From Candidatus Anderseniibacteriota bacterium (GTDB lineage: Bacteria; Patescibacteriota; Andersenbacteria; UBA10190): a stretch of 52,248 nucleotides of DNA. Under the pieces are notes generated by a model, which saw nothing but the letters and a program-made list of their open reading frames with translations, searched no databases and had not been told where the DNA came from. Each line of letters opens with the position of its first letter. Within the stretch, counting starts at the first letter, position 1. Positions 40,708-47,598 of the stretch are shown here, piece after piece. A program made the position numbers and the translations under genes. The DNA is taken from NCBI GenBank assembly GCA_035290125.1, contig DATDVI010000021.1, positions 1-52,248 on the forward strand, written 5' to 3'.

Positions 40708-42786
40708 ATGCTGCAGGCGCACAAACGGCACTATCTTGTTTTAGCTATGTACCTTGGTCTCACGCTGCTCATGACGATGCCGCTGGCCTGGCGCCTAACT
40801 TCCCATGTGGCGGGCGCGGGCGGGGATCCGTGGCAGACGATGTGGCGTTTTGAGGAAAAGGCTGCGGGCGGCTGGCAGGAGTTCATGACTGATCTAACCG
40901 GCCGCGGGGAGCCGCGTTTAGTCAATTTGTCGGTGTTGCCCTGGATCTGGGCGCAGTTTTTATTCGGACAGCCGGCAGCATATAACATAGCCTGGCTGCT
41001 GTCGTTTGTGCTGGCTGGGTATGGAATGTATCTGCTCGCAGCTCAACTGCTCGCCAAAATTCCCAATGAAAAAATACCAGCCTACGCCAAGGCTTCGGCC
41101 GGCAGGCAAATTCCAAATGACATACCGGCGTTTCTTGCTGGCGTCGTCTATATGTTCTTGCCCTACCGAGTGGCGCACGCGCAGGGGCATTTCGGGGCCA
41201 TGCAAACGGCGTGGCTGCCGCTGATTATGTGGTTGGTGGTGCGCTGGGTTAGCCAGCCAACGTGGCTGCGCACGGCAGGCCTCGCGGCACTGATTGCTAT
41301 CCAAGCTTGGACAGAGCACCACTATATGTTGTGGTTGCTGGTTGTGGCACTGATCGCGAGTTGGTTTTTCAGAGATCGTCTCACGCGCTTTTGGCGTGAA
41401 CAGCAGGGGATCTGGTATGCACTCGCTCTGGTGGGGATGTTGCTGGTGCTGGTGGTTATGCCATATATGCCGACGATTCGGCTGGCGCTGGCGGATAACA
41501 GCCCCCTTGAGCTGGGAGCAGCGCAGACCATTCGATTTTCGGCGGATACGTTTGCGTACCTGACACCGGCTTCGTTTCATCCGCTCTGGGGCCGCCTCTC
41601 CTACTTTCTATTTGGCCAGCACTTTACGGGTAACCTGGCTGAGCAAACGCACTTTTTGGGATTGCTCCCGTTGCTGCTGGTCATTTTCTTCTGGCGCAGT
41701 ATTCCGGCTGTGCAGCGAACATTCTGGGGCAGCGTTGCGGGCGTGTTTTTACTCTTGAGTTTTGGTCCTCGGCTACATATTCTCGGACTGCTTACGCCGC
41801 TGCCACTGCCATTTGCCGCTGTGGGTTCTTGGCCGCTGCTTAGCTCAGTGCGGGCGGTGGCGCGAGCTAGCGTGATGGTCGGGCTCGCCTGGGTCGTCTT
41901 GCTGGCGTTTGTTTGGCGCACTGAATTGAAGCGGCGCGGTGCAGCGGTGGTCGTGCTGGGGATTATTCTGTTGGAATTTTTGTTTGTGCCCGCCCCCACC
42001 CAATCCGTCGTGTTGCCCGCAGCATATGCCGTGGTTCGCCAGAGTGAGGGCGCGGCGATCGTGGAAATACCAGCCGCCACTAACTATACCGTTGCCTCAC
42101 AGGCGCTGTATGGTTCGCGCGTGCATGGCAAGAGTGTCGTGGGTAATATTGCGCTGGAGCGCGCGCTCACTGACGCAGACTTGCTCGAGTCACGTTCATT
42201 GCCCGTGCTGCGGCAGCTGCTTTTTCTACGAACAACGCACCTGCTGGAAAATCGACACGAGTTTTTTGATCAGGCGCCAACTGAAACACTCGTTGATGTG
42301 CTGCGCTGGCTGGATGCGCGCGTGATTTTGGTCCACCGCGACTCGCTGACTACTCGACAGCTGGCGGCGGTACAGCATCTCCTGGAGCCGGTGGCGCCGG
42401 GCGAAGATGCCGGAGAGGAGATTCTCTACCGGATACCAGTTTCGGCTCAGGGAGATGGCGTCTTTCTTTCGCGTGATGAGCGCTGGCAGGTTGGGTATGA
42501 CCAGGTCCGTGGGGCGACGTTTGCGCACGTATCGAGCGAGGCTGGAATCACGTTGTATAATGTAACTTCCTCGCCAAAAGAAGTGCGCCTGGTTATAGAG
42601 CGTGCCGAAGAATCCGAGGGTTCGCTGCGCATCAGCAAGGGAAATACAGTGCTGTATGAAGAGGCAGGGGGGCTACAGCCAATTACTGTTACTCTTCCTG
42701 TGAGCCCAGGTACAACGCAGCTGGAATTCACTAACCGGTTGCCGGGCCCCGTGATTCTTAAAAATCCACGCCTGCTGGTGCCATGA
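40708..42786 (+). CDS. Large polytopic membrane protein, candidate GT-C-type glycosyltransferase (YfhO/ArnT-like)
   Basis: 692 aa from ATG 40708; the ORF-track start 40528 overlaps the divergent gene. At least 12 hydrophobic segments, an early loop GAGGDPWQTMWRFE, and a roughly 250-aa soluble C-terminal domain. Confidence 0.5.
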   Translation: MLQAHKRHYLVLAMYLGLTLLMTMPLAWRLTSHVAGAGGDPWQTMWRFEEKAAGGWQEFMTDLTGRGEPRLVNLSVLPWIWAQFLFGQPAAYNIAWLLSFVLAGYGMYLLAAQLLAKIPNEKIPAYAKASAGRQIPNDIPAFLAGVVYMFLPYRVAHAQGHFGAMQTAWLPLIMWLVVRWVSQPTWLRTAGLAALIAIQAWTEHHYMLWLLVVALIASWFFRDRLTRFWREQQGIWYALALVGMLLVLVVMPYMPTIRLALADNSPLELGAAQTIRFSADTFAYLTPASFHPLWGRLSYFLFGQHFTGNLAEQTHFLGLLPLLLVIFFWRSIPAVQRTFWGSVAGVFLLLSFGPRLHILGLLTPLPLPFAAVGSWPLLSSVRAVARASVMVGLAWVVLLAFVWRTELKRRGAAVVVLGIILLEFLFVPAPTQSVVLPAAYAVVRQSEGAAIVEIPAATNYTVASQALYGSRVHGKSVVGNIALERALTDADLLESRSLPVLRQLLFLRTTHLLENRHEFFDQAPTETLVDVLRWLDARVILVHRDSLTTRQLAAVQHLLEPVAPGEDAGEEILYRIPVSAQGDGVFLSRDERWQVGYDQVRGATFAHVSSEAGITLYNVTSSPKEVRLVIERAEESEGSLRISKGNTVLYEEAGGLQPITVTLPVSPGTTQLEFTNRLPGPVILKNPRLLVP
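41056..41130. repeat. Imperfect direct repeat (about 24 nt x2) flanking a 25-nt spacer inside the membrane-protein CDS
   Basis: AAAATTCCCAATGAAAAAATACCAGCC ... AAATTCCAAATGACATACCGGCG, read as KIPNEKIPA...QIPNDIPA. Confidence 0.6.
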
Positions 42787-43940
42787 AGATCCTGATTTTT
42801 AATTTTGAATATCCACCATTGGGAGGCGGGGGCGCGGTGGCAACAGCCCAGATTGCTGAGGAACTAGCCAAGCGGCACACTGTTTTTGTCTTGACGACTC
42901 ACTATCGATCACTAGCGTATCAAGAAGTCGTCAACGGCGTGCACGTGCACCGGGTTTCGGTGTGGGGGCGTCGGAGCTTGCCGACCGCCAGTTTGCGCTC
43001 ACTGCTCACGTTTGTTCCGGCAGCCCTTTGGCGTGGTTGGCGCCTGTGTCGGAGAGAAGCATTTGATGTGATCAACGCGCAATTTGTGTTGCCCTCGGGC
43101 CTGGTTGGTGTGCTGCTGGGTACGCTTTTTTCTGTTCCGGTTGTTGTCAGTTTCGTTGGGGGAGACCTGTTTGACCCAACGAAAGGAACTTCACCCCACC
43201 GCCATGCTGTGCTGCGCTGGCTGGTGCGTGCTCTTAGCCGGCGCGCGCAGGCGCGAACTGCTATCTCGCGAGACACGCAGCAGAACGCGCGTACGCTGCA
43301 TGGGGTACAGGAGCCGATTGTGGTCACGCCGCTCGGAATATTTCCTCGTGAGGTGGTGCCCGCGCAGCGCGCACAGCTTGCTTTGCCTGAGCGCGGAGCA
43401 ATTTTTGTCAGTATCGGACGACTCATCCCGCGCAAAAACTACGACTTACTTCTGCGTGCCTGGGCGCGCGTGCCTGAGTCTCAGCTGGTTATCATTGGCA
43501 GTGGACCGTTGCAGGCAAAACTTGAGCGGCGCATTGCCGAGCTTGGCCTTGGCAACCGTGTGCAACTGACAGGATTTGTTGCGGAAGAGACAAAGCAGCA
43601 GATCCTTCAGGCGAGCCAGGGATACGTTTCGGCGGCTGATCATGAGGGATTTGGCCTGGTTTTTCTGGAAGCGATGCAGGCGGGGCTGCCCATTGTGGCA
43701 ACACGGCGAGGGGGGCACACTGACTTTCTTCGCGCCGGCGAGAATGCACTGTTGGTAGAGCCAGGAGATGCGGCTGCGCTCGCCCAGGCAGTGCGGCGCT
43801 TGCTGGCAGAGGCGGCGCTCGGGCGACGCATGGGAGAAGCGAACCGAGCGGCCGTGCGTGAGTTTTACCTCGACAAAACCGTGGCGCGATTTGAAGACGT
43901 TTTAGAGCAAGCAGTGCACACCTATGCGAATCGCCATTGA
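42783..43940 (+). CDS. Glycosyltransferase family 4
   Basis: 385 aa, ATGA overlap. KILIFNFEYPPLGGGGAVAT start; SAADHEGFGLVFLEAMQAGLPIVATRRGGHTDFLRAGENALLVEPGD. Confidence 0.85.
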   Translation: MKILIFNFEYPPLGGGGAVATAQIAEELAKRHTVFVLTTHYRSLAYQEVVNGVHVHRVSVWGRRSLPTASLRSLLTFVPAALWRGWRLCRREAFDVINAQFVLPSGLVGVLLGTLFSVPVVVSFVGGDLFDPTKGTSPHRHAVLRWLVRALSRRAQARTAISRDTQQNARTLHGVQEPIVVTPLGIFPREVVPAQRAQLALPERGAIFVSIGRLIPRKNYDLLLRAWARVPESQLVIIGSGPLQAKLERRIAELGLGNRVQLTGFVAEETKQQILQASQGYVSAADHEGFGLVFLEAMQAGLPIVATRRGGHTDFLRAGENALLVEPGDAAALAQAVRRLLAEAALGRRMGEANRAAVREFYLDKTVARFEDVLEQAVHTYANRH

Positions 43941-45060
43941 AGCCAGGGCACTGACTGGGCGCGGAGGCGGTACGCGACGCTATGTGAGTGAACTAACTGA
44001 CCAGCTGCGCCGCTTGGTGCCCGAGAATGAGTTAGTCATCCTTGATCGCGGTCCAGCGCATGAGCTGCTCCTGCCCTGGTGGTTTAATGTGACGATGCCC
44101 CGCCGCTTGCGGAAGACGCGGCCCGACATTATCCATTGGACGAAAGGCGCTGTATCGAAGCGAAAGATCGCGCCGACTGTCGTCACCATCTATGACGTTA
44201 TTCCGCTGTTATTTTCCGAATCACAGAAATTGACTGGTCGCTGGTATTGGCCACGGGCGCTGCGCGGTGCCGTGAGAGCTGCGGATCATATTCTGACTAT
44301 TTCTGACGCGAGCAAGCGGGACATTGTGCGCGAGTTAGGTGCGGCAGAGCATAAGATTACCGTCACGCCGCTCGCAATTGACCCAAATGATTTTCACCCG
44401 ACCCGGGCGACTGATTTCGTCGGGCAGATTCGCGCAACGGGACCATACATTCTCTTTGTTGGTACAATTGAGCCGCGAAAAAACGTGCCGCTACTGATCC
44501 GGGCTTTTGCGCGCATCGCCAGCGATATTCCGCACCAGCTTATTATTGCCGGCCGGGCTTACAAGGGCGAGGAGGCTTTACGGAAAGAAATAGCGCGAAT
44601 GAATCTGACTGATCGCGTGCGGAGAATTGGCAGCGTACCGGCGGCTGATTTGCCCGCGCTGTATGCCAGCGCTGATCTCTTCATGTGGCCATCGATCTAC
44701 GAGGGTTGGGGTTTTCCGCCGCAGGAGGCAATGGCGTGCGGCGTGCCGGTGATCGTGAGCGATGGCGGTTCGCTGCCCGAAGTGGTTGGGGAGGCTGGAA
44801 AAGTGGTTTCGTTTAGCGCGCCGCTCAGGGAGCGAATCCATGATACTGATTTCGAGCGACGGCTGGCCGAGACTATGCTTGCCGTGTTGGGTAGCGAAAC
44901 AAGGCGGGTGAGTATGCGGGAAGCCGGCTTAGCACGCGTGAAGCAATTTTCCTGGCAGCGGGTGGCCGAGCAAACACTGGGTGTGTATCAGAAAGTTTTA
45001 AGCGAGGGGAGTGAAAAATCTTCCTCGATATTACGTAATATCGAGGGAACAACGCTATGA
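43924..45060 (+). CDS. Glycosyltransferase family 4
   Basis: 378 aa. MWPSIYEGWGFPPQEAMACGVPVIVSDGGSLPEVVGEAGKVV. The last 12 codons (SSILRNIEGTTL) are encoded by palindrome A4. Confidence 0.85.
   Translation: MRIAIEARALTGRGGGTRRYVSELTDQLRRLVPENELVILDRGPAHELLLPWWFNVTMPRRLRKTRPDIIHWTKGAVSKRKIAPTVVTIYDVIPLLFSESQKLTGRWYWPRALRGAVRAADHILTISDASKRDIVRELGAAEHKITVTPLAIDPNDFHPTRATDFVGQIRATGPYILFVGTIEPRKNVPLLIRAFARIASDIPHQLIIAGRAYKGEEALRKEIARMNLTDRVRRIGSVPAADLPALYASADLFMWPSIYEGWGFPPQEAMACGVPVIVSDGGSLPEVVGEAGKVVSFSAPLRERIHDTDFERRLAETMLAVLGSETRRVSMREAGLARVKQFSWQRVAEQTLGVYQKVLSEGSEKSSSILRNIEGTTL
45023..45046. repeat. Family A palindrome, copy A4 (24 bp core CCTCGATATTACGTAATATCGAGG)
   Basis: Perfect 12+12 inverted repeat inside the 3-prime end of CDS 43924..45060. 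Its right arm GAGGGA lies 9 nt before ATG 45057 of the next gene, an SD-like position. Confidence 0.95.
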
Positions 45061-46313
45061 AATTACTTTTCTTGTCGGCGCATTATCCTCCTCTCGCGCG
45101 CGGGGGCGGGGAAATTTCGACGCATCTGCTGGCGCAGGAGCTCGCGCACCGGGGACACGATGTGCAGGTTATCACCGAGGGCGCGCAACGTGAGGAGAGT
45201 ATGTTGGATGGTGTGAAGATTGTACGTGCGCCGCTGGGGCTAACGAAGAAGCCGTTGTTTGAAGAGCGGGCGAGTAGGAGGATGGCACGAGAGCTTGCAA
45301 AGATTCTTTACGAGTTTAATACCTCACCCCCGCCAATACGGCGGGCAGGCCCAACTCTTGTTCACGCCCACGATTTTCGGTCGGCGCTAGTGCTGAGTGA
45401 GTTGATTCGCATGCAGAAAATCCCAGCCGAGATGGCGTATGTTACGCTCAGGGACTACGCATCTGTTTGCGGTACGACGAATAATATTTTGCGCGATGGC
45501 TCGGTGTGCCATTGCACGATTGCTGATTTGCGGCAGACGCAGCGCTACCGCGAGGCGTGGATTCCGCGGCGGTACGCGCGGCTCTGGCAGTATTGGTACA
45601 ACGTCGGGTATCGCCAGCGCGCCTTTGGCAATATTCCAAATCAGGCGTATATCTCGGCCGCGCAGCGGGATGTGATCTATGGGCAGACTTCTTTTGGCTC
45701 GCTCCGCCACACCGTGATCCACAACCCTGTTCCCGAGACGTATCTGTCGGCTCCTCTGCAGGATGGCAAAGCACATACTGTCCTCTATGCCGGTACGGTG
45801 GAGAACTACAAAGGCGTGGATGTGCTTATCGCGGCTTGGCAGGAAGTGGCCAGGCGGAACCATGAAGCTCACCTTATTATTGTCGGTGAGGGTGCTCAGC
45901 TCTTTACGTATAAGCGCATGGTTGAACGGGCGGGGCTGACGGAGCGAGTTGAGTTTGTTGGCAAGGTGCCGTGGGAGCGTATGCAGCAGATCTATGAATC
46001 TGCCCAGCTGATTGTGGCGCCGCACTGCTGGGTGGAGCCGTTTGGACGCACCGTGGCGGAGGCGATGGCTCTGGGTAAGGTAGTGCTCAGCGCCAACACT
46101 GGCGGGCCGGCGGAGATGATTGAGCATAATAAAAGTGGTTTTTTGTTTGCTCATGGTTCGGCAGAGGCTCTGGCGCAGCACTTAGTCGAAGCGTTGGCCT
46201 TGCCCGTTTTGCGCCGGCGAGAGATGGGCGCTGCCGCTCGGGCGTGGGCAAAAGAACATCTGGCGCCGGATGTGATTGCAAAGCAGTATGAGGAGTTTTA
46301 TACCGCGGCATAG
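45057..46313 (+). CDS. Glycosyltransferase family 4
   Basis: 418 aa, ATGA overlap. LLFLSAHYPPLARGGGEIST start; VAPHCWVEPFGRTVAEAMALGKVVLSANTGGPAEMIEHNKSGFLF. Confidence 0.85.
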   Translation: MKLLFLSAHYPPLARGGGEISTHLLAQELAHRGHDVQVITEGAQREESMLDGVKIVRAPLGLTKKPLFEERASRRMARELAKILYEFNTSPPPIRRAGPTLVHAHDFRSALVLSELIRMQKIPAEMAYVTLRDYASVCGTTNNILRDGSVCHCTIADLRQTQRYREAWIPRRYARLWQYWYNVGYRQRAFGNIPNQAYISAAQRDVIYGQTSFGSLRHTVIHNPVPETYLSAPLQDGKAHTVLYAGTVENYKGVDVLIAAWQEVARRNHEAHLIIVGEGAQLFTYKRMVERAGLTERVEFVGKVPWERMQQIYESAQLIVAPHCWVEPFGRTVAEAMALGKVVLSANTGGPAEMIEHNKSGFLFAHGSAEALAQHLVEALALPVLRRREMGAAARAWAKEHLAPDVIAKQYEEFYTAA

Positions 46314-46321
46314 CTCTTATT

Positions 46322-46401
46322 AAAAGAAAAAACCCGTCTTTCTTTGTACCGAGAAATGCTGAATTCTCAGGAAAATGCTGTGGCATTCTCAGAAAGACGG
46401 G
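46322..46401 (-). terminator. Long compound hairpin + U-tract (terminator candidate for the minus-strand gene)
   Basis: 11-bp outer stem CCCGTCTTTCT (46333-46343) / AGAAAGACGGG (46391-46401). Inner stem GAGAAATGC/GCATTCTC. On the minus strand it is followed by TTTTTTCTTTTA. It lies 112 nt after the stop at 46513. Confidence 0.55.
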
Positions 46402-46512
46402 CCGGGCTGCTGCACTCTTCCGCCGGCTTGTCAACCCGGCGCGCTGACGTGACAGCACTAAAGAAAGAGTACAGACAGGCCCTTATGACCAGAGATCGTT
46501 GCTTGGACTGGG

Positions 46513-46986
46513 CTATGCAAACAGGTCGGCGAAAGAGCTGAGTGAACTGAGGAAGAGGCGGGCGGCCCTGGTTGCTTTCTCGGGGTCGGGTAGATCGCTC
46601 CAGCCGATGCGCCAATCGGGAAAGAGACTGACACGCTGCTTGTTCGCTAACTCTGGGTACTGATGGCGTATGGAGAACCAGAAGAGATATTTAAGTAGCT
46701 CGTATTCTCTCCTTTCATCGGCAATTTTTTGTCCGAGTTGCATGAATGCAGGCACAAGCTTTTCATTCCCGCTTTCCTCGACGTCGGCTTGGCGCCGCCG
46801 ATGCTCATAGACAAGGGTGTTGTGGCTGGTTGTCACCTGGTGGCAATGCATCCAGAGGCGTCGGTGATCAGTGTCGAGGGTGCCAAGAAATTGAAAATTT
46901 TCGGTATCCGGTTGATCACCTACGCCTGGTGCTTTATCCGGAACCACGATTTGCTCCAGGTTTTCAAAGAGCTGTTGGATATACAT
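46513..46986 (-). CDS. Hypothetical protein (157 aa), no recognisable motif
   Basis: ATG 46986 is preceded by GGAGGA at 6-nt spacing; the ORF-track TTG at 47004 lies upstream of that SD. Soluble, His/Arg-rich centre (HRRLWMHCHQVTTSHNTLVYEHRRRQ). AT-richer island. Confidence 0.5.
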   Translation of the reverse strand: MYIQQLFENLEQIVVPDKAPGVGDQPDTENFQFLGTLDTDHRRLWMHCHQVTTSHNTLVYEHRRRQADVEESGNEKLVPAFMQLGQKIADERREYELLKYLFWFSIRHQYPELANKQRVSLFPDWRIGWSDLPDPEKATRAARLFLSSLSSFADLFA

Positions 46987-47033
46987 ACCATTTCCTCCAA
47001 ACAAGTGTGTGGACAGACAGAACGACGCTCCGC

Positions 47034-47062
47034 AGCATAACTGCCGTTTTCTTATCTGTCAA
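47034..47062 (-). promoter_or_regulatory. Sigma70-type promoter candidate (TTGACA-N17-TATGCT)
   Basis: Minus strand: TTGACA at 47062..47057, 17-nt spacer gataagaaaacggcagt, TATGCT at 47039..47034. About 40 nt upstream of ATG 46986. Confidence 0.5.
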
Positions 47063-47081
47063 TTTTGGAAAATACTGGGCC

Positions 47082-47110
47082 TTGACAGGTATCCTTGTTA
47101 GCAGTATAAT
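47082..47110 (+). promoter_or_regulatory. Consensus sigma70 promoter (TTGACA-N17-TATAAT)
   Basis: TTGACA at 47082-47087, a 17-nt spacer, and TATAAT at 47105-47110. Both hexamers are perfect. It is back-to-back with the minus-strand promoter, with the -35 boxes 20 bp apart. Confidence 0.7.
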
Positions 47111-47127
47111 GAACAAGATAGTTGTTC
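47111..47127. promoter_or_regulatory. Inverted repeat GAACAA-N5-TTGTTC overlapping the predicted TSS (operator candidate)
   Basis: Perfect 6+6 arms starting directly after the -10 hexamer. Confidence 0.35.
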
Positions 47128-47135
47128 ATTTTATT

Positions 47136-47145
47136 AGAACGTTCT
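47136..47145. promoter_or_regulatory. 10-bp perfect palindrome AGAACGTTCT in the 5-prime UTR (operator candidate)
   Basis: Shares the GAAC/GTTC half-site with the repeat at 47111-47127. It lies 8 nt before the GGGAGG SD. Confidence 0.3.
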
Positions 47146-47162
47146 TTGAAGGGAGGTGGGCC

Positions 47163-47543
47163 GTGTGCGATGTATTTATTGTGCATGAGCCAGGCGCCAA
47201 GATGGACGCTTTGCGAGAAATGTTTGCCAGGGATGGTGATACAGTCACAGAAATAGCCGTTGGTTCTTGGTCGGAGTACCGGCTTGGTTTGGAATCGGCT
47301 GGACTAGTGGTGATTGATTTGTGTGGTGGTCCCGTAACCGACGCCGCATGGGATGCAGTCGAGTGGCTGGTGTCTTCTGATCAACTTAGGTGCGTACCTG
47401 TGCTCGTCTTGCTGGCCGATGGAAGCCGCGCCGTTCAAGAAGGGGGGCATGTGTATGTGCACCACTTCTCAGACTCTTTGAGTGGCGAAAAACTTGCGCT
47501 GGTGAAGCGTCACCCGTTAACTCTGGAGAGCATATGCGCATAA
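47163..47543 (+). CDS. Stand-alone degenerate receiver-like (CheY-fold) protein, 126 aa; TIR-like fold not excluded
   Basis: GTG 47163 lies 5 nt after GGGAGGTG. The in-frame ATG 47109 sits inside the -10 box. REC-like layout: VFIVHE (beta1, acidic pair degenerate), LVVIDLCGG (beta3 with Asp), PVLVLLAD (beta4, Thr/Ser replaced by Leu), GGHVYVHHFS (beta5, Lys replaced by His). DVFIVH plus AAWDAVEW also resembles TIR betaA and the W-x3-E region. Confidence 0.45.
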   Translation: MCDVFIVHEPGAKMDALREMFARDGDTVTEIAVGSWSEYRLGLESAGLVVIDLCGGPVTDAAWDAVEWLVSSDQLRCVPVLVLLADGSRAVQEGGHVYVHHFSDSLSGEKLALVKRHPLTLESICA

Positions 47544-47598
47544 AAGTTTGTGGTCGAGCCAGCAAAAAAACATGCCCGCCCACTTTTTTTGTAGGAAA

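Noticed and set aside
40960-41580. 206-aa minus-strand ORF
   Set aside because: It is antisense to the large polytopic membrane-protein gene and is rich in Arg/Gln/His/Pro with no motif. Shadow ORF.
45329-45345. Hairpin CCCGCC-AATAC-GGCGGG inside the GT4 45057..46313 as a fourth family C copy
   Set aside because: It shares only the CCGCC/GGCGG half-sites. The CAGCTG centre is absent, so I treat it as an unrelated GC-rich stem.
45387-46181. 264-aa minus-strand ORF
   Set aside because: It is antisense to the GT4 45057..46313, which has the EX7E block. Its Arg/Pro/His-rich composition is typical of a shadow frame.
47111-47145. GAAC/GTTC repeats as a LexA (Cheo-type GAAC-N4-GTTC) SOS box
   Set aside because: The spacing is wrong (N9 and N0 instead of N4), so this is not a canonical SOS box. 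Kept only as generic operator candidates.
46746-47162. N-terminal 139 codons of the 265-aa plus-strand ORF
   Set aside because: This part is antisense to the 157-aa gene and runs through both promoters. The SD-preceded GTG at 47163, downstream of the consensus promoter, is the credible start.
47563-47591. CAAAAAAA-(13 nt)-TTTTTTTG between two convergent gene ends, considered as a bidirectional terminator
   Set aside because: The stem would be A-T only with a 13-nt loop and no GC clamp, so it is too weak to call. It may still be an AT-rich pause site.
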